This document shows positions 18,442 to 28,248 of a DNA stretch of 34,275 bases, piece after piece. The first letter of the stretch is position 1, and every line of letters begins with the position of its first letter. The notes under the pieces were generated by a model. It did not search any database. It was given only the letters and a program-made list of their open reading frames with translations, and had not been told where the DNA came from. This stretch comes from Planctomycetales bacterium. GTDB taxonomy: Bacteria > Planctomycetota > Planctomycetia > Pirellulales > JAGQOS01. Where the stretch lies: NCBI GenBank assembly GCA_020427265.1, contig JAGQOS010000003.1, forward strand, positions 1-34,275, read 5' to 3'. The translations under genes were made by a program, and so were the position numbers.

Positions 18442-19167
18442 ATGAAAAACAACCGACTTTGGATGCTGAGTTGTGGGCGAGCCCCGCTGCGAATCCGGCC
18501 AATCCATGGGCTAATGTTCGTCCTTTGCGTTTCCGCAATGGGTTGCGGCAGCTCGCTCGGGCGATATGTGTGGAATCCGTTCCGCGATCGTGAGAACACG
18601 AGCTACATGACACCGATGAAACGAACGCGTCAATTGGAACAACTTGCTGCCGAAACCTCGAAAAAGAGCGATCAGGAGCAAATCCAGCTCGCACAGGATC
18701 TCACACGTCAGATTCAAGCCGAACAAGATCCGCTCATGCGCGAACACCTGCTGACAACCATTGCTGCGCTAGACACGCCGTTGACCGGTTCTGTTCTGCA
18801 AGCGGCGCTGAGGGACGAAGTGCCGACAGTGCGCCAGCGGGCCGTGGAACTGATCGCCGCACACCAGACGACAAACGCCGTAGGAATCTTGGCTGAAGTC
18901 GTCAAAGCCGACGAAGACCTGGACGTCCGACTTGCCGCCACGCGCGAACTTGGGCGATTTAAGGACCGTGTAGCAATCGAAGCAGTTGCGTCGGGACTCG
19001 ATGACGACGACCCGGCGATGCGGTTCCGTACGATGGAGTCGCTGGCCAAGATGACGGACGAAGACCTGGGACTGAATGTCGTGGCGTGGAAACAATACTT
19101 ACGTGGGGGTCCCACGGGCGATGAACCGCAGGTTGCTGAGAAGCTGCGCAGCCTAAGCCCCTTTTAA
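18442..19167 (+). CDS. HEAT-repeat (PBS-lyase-like) protein, possibly a lipoprotein
   Basis: HEAT-like units: TVRQRAVELIAAHQTTNAVGILAEVVKADEDLDVRLAATRELGRF / DDDPAMRFRTMESLAKMT. The N-terminus has a lipobox-like LCVSAMGCGSS after a hydrophobic segment. Confidence 0.6.
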   Translation: MKNNRLWMLSCGRAPLRIRPIHGLMFVLCVSAMGCGSSLGRYVWNPFRDRENTSYMTPMKRTRQLEQLAAETSKKSDQEQIQLAQDLTRQIQAEQDPLMREHLLTTIAALDTPLTGSVLQAALRDEVPTVRQRAVELIAAHQTTNAVGILAEVVKADEDLDVRLAATRELGRFKDRVAIEAVASGLDDDDPAMRFRTMESLAKMTDEDLGLNVVAWKQYLRGGPTGDEPQVAEKLRSLSPF

Positions 19168-19255
19168 CGCCAGGCGACAACGTCGCTTTCTATAAGGTTT
19201 ACCCAGGTCGTTTAGCTGTTTCTCTAGCGCTAATCGCGATGCGGGCGCAGAATGC

Positions 19256-19271
19256 CCGGCCAACAGGCCGG
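19256..19271 (+). terminator. Weak candidate intrinsic terminator after the HEAT gene (6-bp GC stem CCGGCC/GGCCGG, loop AACA, followed by CTTGTTCT)
   Basis: Inverted repeat read from the sequence 88 nt downstream of the stop at 19167; the T-rich tail is poor. Confidence 0.2.
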
Positions 19272-19432
19272 CTTGTTCTGAATATCGCAGGGCATCGTTC
19301 CGATACCATAGTTATGCGACTAGAGTTCCCGGCGACCGCCGCGTCGTTGCGAATTTAATCGCGCCCCGCCCCCCATGGCCCAACTTCGCCCCGCGCGACT
19401 GTTCGGCGCCCCTGCCGTCCTCCCGCCCCTGA

Positions 19433-20878
19433 GTGTTCCCCATGCGACGTACCGCAGTTGCTAGCGTTCTTTGTCTATTCGTTGCCGCACTTGCTGCCGC
19501 TCCGGTGGCACAAGCCCAGGATAAGCCGATAGTGGTTCGTCCTGCCGGCCTGACGTTGCAGTGGACGAATGCATCGGCCGGCGTGAAGATTGAGGTAGAC
19601 GAGACGGGACTGGCAGGAGATACACAACCCGGCGATATGGCAGACGAACAATCCGTCGCGCCATCGACGGAGGAGTCCGCCGTTTCACAGGAGCAGGGGG
19701 CTGCAGCGATTCCCGAAGCCTTCCGCGTGGCACAACGAATTGAACCGCCGGTGGATGCCGAGGCAACGGAGCCCGAGCCAGCCAGCCCCGATGCAAATGC
19801 GAACGAGGTGGAGACCGATCCGGCGTTGCCCGAGCCTGAGCCGGTTGCGGTGGAACTCTCCGCCGAAATGAAAGTCGTTCGCGACAAAGTCCGCCAGGCG
19901 CTCGATATTTATTACCATCGTCGTCTGAACACGCGCGATCATGGCCCCTGGGAGATCATGCATTCGGTCGTCTCCTTCGGAGTCGATGCGATGGTTGAGC
20001 AAGACGGCCCGGGCGGTGAGCCGATCACGGCGATTGGCTGGCTCTGCTTCAACAAGCCGGCGCGCGGCTTGACACTGTTCACATCGCATCGCGACAGCTT
20101 TGTCACGCGCCAAGGCCCGGGGATGCAAGGCCACGAAGGCCAATTGCTGGCGATCCTGGCCCAGGCCCGATTGCGCGAAGATTATCCCTTGCAGATTGGC
20201 GGCCGGGAATTCGCCGTTTCCGACCTGATTGAGTACGAAAAGAAAACTTGCCGTCCGCACGCCGAACACACATTCAAGCTCATCGGTTTGGCTCACTACC
20301 TGGAAGGCGATGCGCAGTGGCAAAACGATCTGGGGCAGACCTGGTCGATTGAACGTCTGGTTCACGAAGAGATTCAGCAGCCTATTCGCGGCGCGGCCTG
20401 CGGCGGCTCGCACCGGCTATTTGGCCTCGCCTATGCGGTTCAACGCCGGGAAAAACAGGGCCTCGAAGTCGACGGTGTGTTTCTGAAGACGAAAAAGTAT
20501 ATCGAAGACTATCAGCGTTATACGTTCTCGCTGCAAAACCGCGACGGCAGCTTCAGTACACGCTGGTTTGAGGGGCGCGGCGATTCGGGCGATATCGACC
20601 GGAAAATGAAGACGACCGGACACATGCTCGAGTTCATGCTCTACACGCTGCCCGACCAAGCCGTGGAAGACGTACGAATCACTCGGGCCGCCACGTTTCT
20701 GGCCGACCTGCTGAACCAGCATCGGTCACGTCGGTGGGAAAACGGCCCGCTCGGACACGCCGTGCATGCGTTGGCTCTCTACAGCCGCCGCCGCTTTAAC
20801 GAACAGGCGGTTCCCACGCCGGCCATCGAAGGCGCGAACTTCGCCAGCGATGCGCAGCGCGGCGTGCAACGGCAGTAG
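19433..20878 (+). CDS. Hypothetical secreted protein: signal peptide, ~130-aa acidic Pro/Glu/Ala-rich linker, then a ~330-aa globular domain with a QxxDGS[FW] prenyltransferase/terpene-cyclase-like motif
   Basis: Signal MRRTAVASVLCLFVAALAAAPVAQA-QD. The linker is rich in D/E/P/A (PEPASPDANANEVETDPALPEPEPVAVE). LQNRDGSFSTRWFEG resembles the QW-type motif of alpha/alpha-toroid repeats. The family assignment is uncertain. Confidence 0.5.
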   Translation: MFPMRRTAVASVLCLFVAALAAAPVAQAQDKPIVVRPAGLTLQWTNASAGVKIEVDETGLAGDTQPGDMADEQSVAPSTEESAVSQEQGAAAIPEAFRVAQRIEPPVDAEATEPEPASPDANANEVETDPALPEPEPVAVELSAEMKVVRDKVRQALDIYYHRRLNTRDHGPWEIMHSVVSFGVDAMVEQDGPGGEPITAIGWLCFNKPARGLTLFTSHRDSFVTRQGPGMQGHEGQLLAILAQARLREDYPLQIGGREFAVSDLIEYEKKTCRPHAEHTFKLIGLAHYLEGDAQWQNDLGQTWSIERLVHEEIQQPIRGAACGGSHRLFGLAYAVQRREKQGLEVDGVFLKTKKYIEDYQRYTFSLQNRDGSFSTRWFEGRGDSGDIDRKMKTTGHMLEFMLYTLPDQAVEDVRITRAATFLADLLNQHRSRRWENGPLGHAVHALALYSRRRFNEQAVPTPAIEGANFASDAQRGVQRQ

Positions 20879-21069
20879 CCCTCGCCATTCCGCTCCCTAT
20901 TCGTAGGGGATTTTCTTGCCACCCTGACAACCGGCGTGTGTCAGCGAAGGCGAACTACGCTGCGCCTGCCGTTGCGAGTTGGTCGTAAACCGGATAAATT
21001 TGAGACGTACCACCTGATTTGCCTCGGCAAATTGGCGTTCTCTGCTTCTTTCGTCGACCGACCAGTTTC

Positions 21070-22005
21070 ATGATGGTTCCCAGCAAAACACCAGAACATT
21101 TTGCGAGCATCTGCAAGATGGGTGTATTGCTGGCCGAAGCTGAACACATCGACACGTTGATGGTCATGGTCGAAGGCGCCCTGAATTGGGAGGCGCTCAA
21201 AGAAGCGGCGGGCGGCCTGACTGTGCTGACCGTGGCCGATTACGAACACGAACTGGCAGGCGCTGCCGAGGCGGGCCTCGATACGATTCTGCTCGACATG
21301 CCCGAAGCAACCGTGTTCGACAAGTTAACTCAGGCCTTGCTCGAAAGCGTGGCCGACGACCAAGTGAAGCCCGGCGCGCAAGTGGTCGCCCTGTACAGCG
21401 GCTTCGACCCGGCGCGGATCGATTCGGTTAGCGTATTGAACCTCAGCGAGCATCTCGGCCGCCTGACGGTGCGCGACCTGCGTAAACTGGAAACGAGCGT
21501 TCCGCTCGACACACTAAAGGCCGTTGTCGATCTCGCCGTAGAAATTGGCCGCGAGGGACGCGAAGGCAAGCCGATCGGCACATTGATGATCGTAGGCGAC
21601 CATCGCAAGGTGCTCAAACACGCTTCGCCGCTGGGATTCGATCCCGTGAAAGGCTACAAGCGCGACGATCGCAACCTGTTCGACAATCGCGTGCGCGAAG
21701 GGATCAAGGAAATCGCGCCGCTCGATGGCGCCTTTGTTATTGCGGCCGACGGCACGGTCGAAGCCGCGGCCCAGGTGATCACCGCGCCGGCAGCCGAACT
21801 GACACTCTCAAAAGGTCTGGGTTCGCGCCACTGGGCGGCCGCCACCATCAGCCGCGCCACGAAGGCGATCGCCGTGGTTGTCAGCGAATCAAGCGGCACG
21901 GTCCGCTTGTTTCAAAACGGCGAAGTCGTGCTGCGCGTCGAACCGCTGCGTCGCGCAATGAAATGGCGCGATGGCGATTTCGAAGTGCCGCCTGGCGGCG
22001 AGTAG
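21070..22005 (+). CDS. Diadenylate cyclase (DAC/DisA_N) domain protein with a soluble N-terminal domain of unknown type; putative c-di-AMP synthase
   Basis: The C-terminal ~150 aa match DAC: IAPLDGAFVIAADGTVEAAAQVI...LSKGLGSRHWAAATISRATKAIAVVVSESSGTVRLFQNGEVV. The DGA motif is present, but the canonical GTRHRAA is replaced by GSRHWAA. The N-terminal ~170 aa have no TM helices, unlike CdaA. The start could be 21019 or 21070. Confidence 0.65.
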   Translation: MMVPSKTPEHFASICKMGVLLAEAEHIDTLMVMVEGALNWEALKEAAGGLTVLTVADYEHELAGAAEAGLDTILLDMPEATVFDKLTQALLESVADDQVKPGAQVVALYSGFDPARIDSVSVLNLSEHLGRLTVRDLRKLETSVPLDTLKAVVDLAVEIGREGREGKPIGTLMIVGDHRKVLKHASPLGFDPVKGYKRDDRNLFDNRVREGIKEIAPLDGAFVIAADGTVEAAAQVITAPAAELTLSKGLGSRHWAAATISRATKAIAVVVSESSGTVRLFQNGEVVLRVEPLRRAMKWRDGDFEVPPGGE

Positions 22006-22032
22006 CGTGGGTTACATTTCCGCTTGCCAACA

Positions 22033-23028
22033 TCAGCGCGCCGCGGCGACCCCATTCGAACACGTTCCCAACTGGGCAAACTCCGTAACATTGCCCAGGG
22101 TTGTTAGGGCGATATTTTCGAGCGCTTCGCGTGTAAAAAACGCTTGATGCCCGGTCACGATCACGTTTGGAAACGTCGTGAGCCGCGCGAAGACGTCATC
22201 CTGAATCACCTGATTCGATAAGTCCTCGAAGAACAGGTCACCTTCCTCTTCGTAGACATCGAGCCCCAGGTAGCCAATCTTGCCGCGTTTGAGCGCGTCG
22301 ATGACAGCCGGCGTATCGATCAGCGCGCCGCGGCTCGTATTGATTAGCGTAACATAATCTTTCATCCGCTCGATCGCCCGGGCGTCGATCAAATGATGTG
22401 TTTGTGGCGTGAGCGGACAATGCAACGAAACGACGTCGGACTCGGCGAGTAATTCATCCAGGTCAACATACGTGGCGCCGTTCTGTTCGCACTCGTGGTT
22501 GGGATAGGGATCGAAGGCCAGCACCCGACAGCCAAAGCCGGCAAGAATGCGGACCACACACGCGCCGATCTTGCCGGTGCCGACGACGCCGGCCGTGCGG
22601 CCGTAGAGGTCGAATCCGAGCAAGCCATCGAGCGAAAAGTTGCCTTCGCGAATTCGATTGTGGGCTCGGTGCACGTTGCGATTAAGCGCCAGAAGCAGCG
22701 CGATCGCGTGCTCGGCCACCGCGTGCGGCGAATACGCGGGCACACGTGCAACCGTGAGGCGCCAACGCGCCGCGGCTTCCAGATCGACGTTGTTAAACCC
22801 GGCGCAGCGCAGCGCGATCAGCCGCACGCCGGCTGCGGCCAGTTGTTCGAGCACTTGTGCGTCGAGCGTGTCGTTGACAAAGGCGCAAACGGCCTCAAAT
22901 TTAGCAGCCAAGGGCGCCGTATACGAATCGAGCCGGCATTCGAGAAACTCAATTTCATGCCCGGCCTCGGAACCGGCCTCCGCAAAAAAACGCCGATCGT
23001 AGGGCTTCGTACTGTAGAACGCGATTTT
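22033..23028 (-). CDS. ldhA: D-lactate dehydrogenase / D-isomer-specific 2-hydroxyacid dehydrogenase
   Basis: [12 protein letters not shown]...[10 protein letters not shown]...[29 protein letters not shown] is the NAD-binding GxGxxG of the D-2-hydroxyacid dehydrogenase family, and the N-terminus matches fermentative D-LDH. Start chosen at MKIAFYS. Confidence 0.85.
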   Translation of the reverse strand, partial: KIAFYSTKPYDRRFFAEAGSEAGHEIEFLECRLDSYTAPLAAKFEAVCAFVNDTLDAQVLEQLAAAGVRLIALRCAGFNNVDLEAAARWRLTVARVPAYSPHAVAEHAIALLLALNRNVHRAHNRIREGNFSLDGLLGFDLYGRTAGVVGTGKIGACVVRILAGFGCRVLAFDPYPNHECEQNGATYVDLDELLAESDVVSLHCPLTPQTHHLIDARAIERMKDYVTLINTSRGALIDTPAVIDALKRGKIGYLGLDVYEEEGDLFFEDLSNQVIQDDVFARLTTFPNVIVTGHQAFFTREALENIALTTLGNVTEFAQLGTCSNGVAAAR

Positions 23029-23076
23029 CATAACGCCCCGCATTTTCTCAACCTGAGGCGGTCGCCACAATCGCAG

Positions 23077-24447
23077 TTATCGCAACGATTCGAGAGCTGC
23101 GGTGACTCGCTTCTCGCAACCCGGTCCCACCCAGCGCCAGTCGTGGCCAAATCGTTCGGCAAAGGCGGCGTGCGTGGGAATGTAGCCGGTCCAGCATTCA
23201 CCGTAGCCGATTGCGACCACGAATTGTTCGGCGAACATCCGCTGGGCCAGCAATTGGTAGCCGACAAACGCCTCGCCGGGAAAAAGCAGGATCGTCGCAT
23301 CGCCCAGCTCGACAGCAGGCAGATCGATCGCTTGGCCGGAATCGAGGCGATCGCGGCTGCTCAGCGCCATGGCCGCCAGAATTCGATCGCGCATGTTCGC
23401 CTGATTGTCACGCAGCGTTGATTCCAAAGCGTCGCGACCGAAGGCCTCGCTTTCGTGGAAAGGCAAATCGAGCGTCGCGCTGCGAAACTCGCACTTGGTA
23501 ACCGGCGTGCGACGAGCCGTTTGCTCGGCCGCGCGCATGGCCCGATAGATCCGCTCGGCCAACACACCGCGCATGGCCGACGATCCATCGTTGTATTTGC
23601 CCGCCGTCACATCGCCGCTGCAACCGGTCAGGTAGATTTGAAAGCAGTTCGGGTCATCTTGCTGCCGGCGTCGGCGCGCAAGGCCTACGAAATCGGCGCT
23701 CACGCCGCCCTGGCCGTAGTAACTCATCGGATGCGTTGCATAGCTATGCAACGCCGCTATCGTAGTGTCGCCGTTATAGAAACAAATCGTCTTGAGTTGC
23801 GGATCGATCAGACCCTCCGGCGCAGCGGCAGCGAACGAATCGCCTCCCGAGCGACTATAGCGTGCAAAGGTCACACGCCCGTCCGGCATCACCAGGCGTC
23901 GATTCGAAGCGACTTTCTCCACGTTCGCCTCGCCCAGGCCGATGTGCGTGACGCTTCGGGCGGCTGGCACGCTTTCGGCCAGGGCCGCGGCAACGCGACG
24001 CACGCAGTCGTCGTGAAAAGCTCGGTCGTAAAGCTCCCCGGGCAGGCCGACCTCATCGAGCAGCCGCTGGGCGCCCCGATCGCAGACCGGCGCATCGTGT
24101 TGATGCAGGCAAGCCACAAGCACGCGCTGGCGCGAAGTGCCCGCGGCTAGGGCTAGCGCGTCGCGCCATTGATCGTAAGCCCCATTGCGCAATTCGCACC
24201 AGTCGACCGCTACGACGACAATCGGCTGCTCGCCCCCAAGTAGCACCAGCCCGCGCGCCTCGAGCGGATCGTCGATGCGTTGGGCCCTGGTCGGCAAGAT
24301 GCCCATGCAGCGATGCCCCAGCGGAATGGTCACATCGGTTGCAAAGGTTGCGATTCGCAGCGAGACTGGCTCTTCGGCCTGCGAGTTTCGAACCAGTATC
24401 GCGGCTGCTACGAGAATCACCAGCGCGAATCGATGCTTGGTATTCAT
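23077..24447 (-). CDS. Secreted hydrolase, possibly of the neutral/alkaline ceramidase N-terminal-domain type
   Basis: Signal MNTKHRFALVILVAAAILVRNSQA-EE. The N-terminal pattern DVTIPLGHRCMGILPTRAQRIDDPLEARGLVLLGG...VVVAVDWCEL resembles the ceramidase_alk N-terminus (…ITP..G..MMGY..GIH.RL.ARA.V…). At 457 aa it would lack the C-terminal ceramidase domain. The call is uncertain. Confidence 0.4.
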   Translation of the reverse strand: MNTKHRFALVILVAAAILVRNSQAEEPVSLRIATFATDVTIPLGHRCMGILPTRAQRIDDPLEARGLVLLGGEQPIVVVAVDWCELRNGAYDQWRDALALAAGTSRQRVLVACLHQHDAPVCDRGAQRLLDEVGLPGELYDRAFHDDCVRRVAAALAESVPAARSVTHIGLGEANVEKVASNRRLVMPDGRVTFARYSRSGGDSFAAAAPEGLIDPQLKTICFYNGDTTIAALHSYATHPMSYYGQGGVSADFVGLARRRRQQDDPNCFQIYLTGCSGDVTAGKYNDGSSAMRGVLAERIYRAMRAAEQTARRTPVTKCEFRSATLDLPFHESEAFGRDALESTLRDNQANMRDRILAAMALSSRDRLDSGQAIDLPAVELGDATILLFPGEAFVGYQLLAQRMFAEQFVVAIGYGECWTGYIPTHAAFAERFGHDWRWVGPGCEKRVTAALESLR

Positions 24448-24855
24448 GCTTGTGAGATTACCACAAAGTTCGAGTCGACGAAGCACTCGCCAAGTTCACT
24501 GCGCGTCGAGGCGGGTCAAAACAAATGACGAGCTCGGATTCGCCCCCAAATATTGGCCAAGACCGTACGCCCGGCCAATCATTCTCCCAGAAAAGCGAGG
24601 CAAGTGAACTCACGGGCTATACCTCTTATGGCGAACCTCAAGGGAAGGCGGGAGCCCGCGACGAGAGATCGCCGACGCGACGATCTCGCGCGAGCCGCGT
24701 AGAATTTGCTATCGCGGCATTCGCGCGTGCTAAGCCGGTCTGCAATCGGGTTTGTCCCGATTTTGGCCAAGCGGTATCTTAAGCCGGATAAGAACCTGGA
24801 TGCATCGCTAAATCTGCCGCCTTTTCCGCGCTGCCGAGGAAGGTCGAAATTTGCC

Positions 24856-26997
24856 ATGGCTGCCACCGAAGTTTTTCAGCTTTCGTTCCCCGAGCCCGAT
24901 GTGGCCGTCCTCACGCTCGACGATCCCGACAAGGGGGCGAATGTCCTCTCCACACCGGTACTTGAGCAGCTCAGCGGCCATCTCGATGCGCTTGATGCGC
25001 GCGACGGCCTGGCTGGCCTGGTCATTCGGTCGGGCAAACCGGGTAACTTTATCGCTGGGGCCGATCTGCGCGAATTCGTCAAATGGATTGACTCGGGGTC
25101 CGACCAGATTGCCTCGACCTGCCGGGCTGGCCAACAGCTATTCATGCGGCTCGCCTCGGCCAACTATGTAACGGTCGCCGCGATCGATGGCATCTGTGTC
25201 GGCGGCGGAGCCGAACTAGCCATGTGGTGCGACCGCCGAGTTCTGAGCAACAGCAGTAAAACGCAATACGGGTTTCCGGAAGTGAAGCTCGGCCTGTATC
25301 CCGGCTGGGGAGGCACGTCGCGCACGCCGCGCATGATCGGCTTGGCCAACGCTGTGGAATTGGTCACCAGCGGGGAATCGATCGATGCGGCCAATGCCTA
25401 CGCCATGGGGATGGCCAACGATCTGGTCGACAGCCAGCAGCGCGAAACGGCGGCCATCGCCATGATTCGCTCGGAGCAGGCATCAAAACAATACTTACAG
25501 GACCGCCAGGCTTGGTCCGGGCCGATTGAGATCAGCGAAACAGAACTCGGCTTTCTCGGCGCGACCGCGTCGTCGTACATTTCACAACAAACCAAGGGAC
25601 ATTACCCGGCGCCGCTGTTGGCGCTCGAGCTGATGCTCGGCGGCGCGATGGGCGACGTGCAAGCGGCTTGCGAGATGGAGGCCGAGAATTTTTCGCAAGT
25701 ATTTGGCACACCGGTCAATCGATCACTGCTGAATATCTTCTTTCTGCAAGACCGCAACAAGAAAGATACCGGCATCGACGCCAAGAACGTGGAACCCGGC
25801 CAAATCGGCTCGGTTAGCGTGATCGGCGCGGGCACGATGGGTCAGGGCATCGCCGCGGCCAATGTGCGCCGCCGCATCGCGGCGACCATCACCGACACGC
25901 GCCCTGACGCCCTGGCTGCAGGCGTATCCAAGATTCTCGAAGAAGTCTCGTACAACAAGCAAATCAAAGGCGCCGACCCCCAGCGCGCATTCGAATTCGC
26001 GCCGCTGGTCAACGGGACAACAACCGATTCGGAAGTAGCGGCCAGCGACTTGGTCATCGAGGCGGTGGTCGAAAACGCTGAAATCAAAAAGAAAGTCTTC
26101 GCCCAACTCGAACCGTTATTGCGCGACGAGGCGATCCTGGCGTCGAACACATCGACGATTCCCATTACGCGGCTAGCGGCCGACTTGAAGCGCCCCGAAC
26201 AGTTTATCGGCATCCATTTTTTCAATCCCGTGCGAAAGATGCCGCTGGTCGAAATCATTCGCGGAGAAAAAACCAGCGACCAAACGGTCGCCACGGCCGT
26301 GGCCTACGCCAAGGCCATCGGCAAAACGCCGATCGTAGTGAACGACGGTCCAGGCTTCCTAGTCAATCGGCTCTTGCTGCCGTACATGAACGAAGCCTTG
26401 GAACTGGTCTGCGAAGGCGCGTCGCTCAAGGCCGTCGATCGGGCTGCCAAGTCGTTCGGCATGCCGATGGGCCCGATCACGCTGTTCGATGTCGTGGGGC
26501 TCGACGTAGCCATGCACGCCGGTGCGACCATGCACGAAGCGTTTCCCGAACGCGTCGTCGCTTCGCGCTTGCTGCTCGCGATGAACGAAGCCAATCGCCT
26601 GGGCCAAAAAAATGGACTCGGCTTTTTCAACTACCTGAGAAACAAAAAACGCGGAGAACCAGATCCGGCCGTCGATGCGATCATCGAAAAATGCCGGGAC
26701 GCGACCCAGGATTTTACCGGCGAGCAACTCGAAATGCGTTTGGTGCTGCCAATGCTCGTCGAGGCGACGCGCATTCTCGAAGAAGGACTGGTGCGCGACG
26801 TCCGCGACGTCGACCTGGGGCTAATCTACGGCATCGGGTTCCCACCGTTCAAGGGCGGGCTATTGCATTGGGCCGACACGCTCGGCGCTGCGGCGATTGT
26901 CGAGCAACTCGAACCGCTCGCCGGTATCGGCCCGCGTTTTGAGCCCACGGAAATGCTACAGAAAATGGCCCAGAACGGCAAGAAGTTTTACGACTAG
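24856..26997 (+). CDS. fadB: Fatty-acid oxidation complex alpha subunit (enoyl-CoA hydratase / 3-hydroxyacyl-CoA dehydrogenase)
   Basis: N-terminal crotonase fold (AAIDGICVGGGAELAMWCDRRVL...FGFPEVKLGLYPGWGGTSR) and middle 3HCDH NAD-binding (VIGAGTMGQGIAAANV) plus C-terminal 3HCDH domains are present. Start chosen at ATG 24856 (MAATEVF) with GAAGG upstream; the ORF extension to 24706 is rejected. Confidence 0.9.
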   Translation: MAATEVFQLSFPEPDVAVLTLDDPDKGANVLSTPVLEQLSGHLDALDARDGLAGLVIRSGKPGNFIAGADLREFVKWIDSGSDQIASTCRAGQQLFMRLASANYVTVAAIDGICVGGGAELAMWCDRRVLSNSSKTQYGFPEVKLGLYPGWGGTSRTPRMIGLANAVELVTSGESIDAANAYAMGMANDLVDSQQRETAAIAMIRSEQASKQYLQDRQAWSGPIEISETELGFLGATASSYISQQTKGHYPAPLLALELMLGGAMGDVQAACEMEAENFSQVFGTPVNRSLLNIFFLQDRNKKDTGIDAKNVEPGQIGSVSVIGAGTMGQGIAAANVRRRIAATITDTRPDALAAGVSKILEEVSYNKQIKGADPQRAFEFAPLVNGTTTDSEVAASDLVIEAVVENAEIKKKVFAQLEPLLRDEAILASNTSTIPITRLAADLKRPEQFIGIHFFNPVRKMPLVEIIRGEKTSDQTVATAVAYAKAIGKTPIVVNDGPGFLVNRLLLPYMNEALELVCEGASLKAVDRAAKSFGMPMGPITLFDVVGLDVAMHAGATMHEAFPERVVASRLLLAMNEANRLGQKNGLGFFNYLRNKKRGEPDPAVDAIIEKCRDATQDFTGEQLEMRLVLPMLVEATRILEEGLVRDVRDVDLGLIYGIGFPPFKGGLLHWADTLGAAAIVEQLEPLAGIGPRFEPTEMLQKMAQNGKKFYD

Positions 26998-27088
26998 CGT
27001 AGCGCTGTTTCACCTCGTTATATCGGCAGAAATGTCGCCTCGACCGCGATAAGGTTAGTTCGACTCGAACGAAGCAAAGGACAGTTTG

Positions 27089-28246
27089 ATGAGCAATCCG
27101 GTCATTGTCGACGCCGTTCGCACACCGATTGGCCGCGCCCACAAGGACAAAGGTGCCTTTCGCGATGTGCGCAGCGACGACCTGGCGACGATCGTCGTCC
27201 GCGCGCTCGTCGAACGCGTAGGAATCGATCCGGCAGAAATCGAGGACGTCGTCCTTGGCAACACGCAGCAACAAGGCGAACAGGGATTCAATGTCGCGCG
27301 CAACGTGCTGCTGATGGCAGGGTTGCCCGTCGAAACCGGCGGCGCTACGGTCAATCGGCTTTGCGGCTCCAGCCTACAGGCGATCAACCAGGCAGCACAC
27401 GCGATTATCGCCGGTGCGGGCGATGTGCATATCGCCGGAGGCCTCGAGCACATGCATCACATCCCGATGGATAAGGACATCGATCTGAACCCGCGCATGT
27501 TCCATCGCACGTCGAAGGGCGCGCTGATGATGGGTATTACGGCCGAATTCCTGGCCCAGACCCAGGGCATTTCGCGCGAACAGCAGGACGAATTCGCCGT
27601 GCGCAGCCATCTCAATGCGGCAGCGGCACAAGCGGCGGGCGAATTCAAAAGGGAAATCATACCGGTTTGGGGGCGCAACGAAGCGGGCGAACGAACGCTG
27701 ATCGAAGCCGATCAATGCGTGCGGCCCGACGCCTCGATGGAAACGCTCGGCGCGCTCCGCCCGGCTTTCATGCCCGAAATGGGTACGGTCACGGCCGGCA
27801 ACAGTTCGCCGCTCAACGACGGCGCCGCGGCGCTGATGATCGTTTCTGAAGAGAAGGCCAAGGCCCTAGGGCTCAAGCCCTTGGTGCGCGTCGTCGCCAC
27901 GGCCGTTGCCGGCGTAGAACCAAGCGTGATGGGAACCGGCCCCGTGCCGGCAACGCAGAAAGTGCTCAAGCGGGCCGGCATGCAACTGTCGGATATTGGG
28001 CTGATCGAATTGAACGAAGCCTTCGCCGCGCAAACCTTGGCGTGTGTGCAGACACTCGGCCTGGACCAGGAAAAACTCAACGTGCGCGGCGGCGCCTTGG
28101 CCATCGGACATCCGCTCGGCGCCAGCGGAGCGCGGATCGCAACCACGTTGATTCACGCCATGGTCGATCAGGATGTGAACGTCGGGTTGGCCACGATGTG
28201 CATCGGCGTAGGCCAGGGAATCGCCACGATCTTCGAGAGAATCTGA
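27089..28246 (+). CDS. fadA: 3-ketoacyl-CoA thiolase (acetyl-CoA C-acyltransferase)
   Basis: Active-site Cys NRLCGSSLQAI, C-terminal NVRGGALAIGHPLGASGARI and CIGVGQGIATIFERI are present. The gap from fadB is 91 bp. Confidence 0.92.
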   Translation: MSNPVIVDAVRTPIGRAHKDKGAFRDVRSDDLATIVVRALVERVGIDPAEIEDVVLGNTQQQGEQGFNVARNVLLMAGLPVETGGATVNRLCGSSLQAINQAAHAIIAGAGDVHIAGGLEHMHHIPMDKDIDLNPRMFHRTSKGALMMGITAEFLAQTQGISREQQDEFAVRSHLNAAAAQAAGEFKREIIPVWGRNEAGERTLIEADQCVRPDASMETLGALRPAFMPEMGTVTAGNSSPLNDGAAALMIVSEEKAKALGLKPLVRVVATAVAGVEPSVMGTGPVPATQKVLKRAGMQLSDIGLIELNEAFAAQTLACVQTLGLDQEKLNVRGGALAIGHPLGASGARIATTLIHAMVDQDVNVGLATMCIGVGQGIATIFERI

Positions 28247-28248
28247 CG

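Noticed and set aside
24706-24855. 5' extension of the fadB ORF (MLSRHSRVLS...)
   Set aside because: There is no similarity to FadB N-termini. The crotonase domain begins at MAATEVF with an SD-like GAAGG upstream.
28042-28248. 5' extension of the fadD ORF overlapping the end of fadA in another frame
   Set aside because: The overlap with the conserved thiolase C-terminus is implausible. The AMP-ligase similarity begins after the fadA stop.
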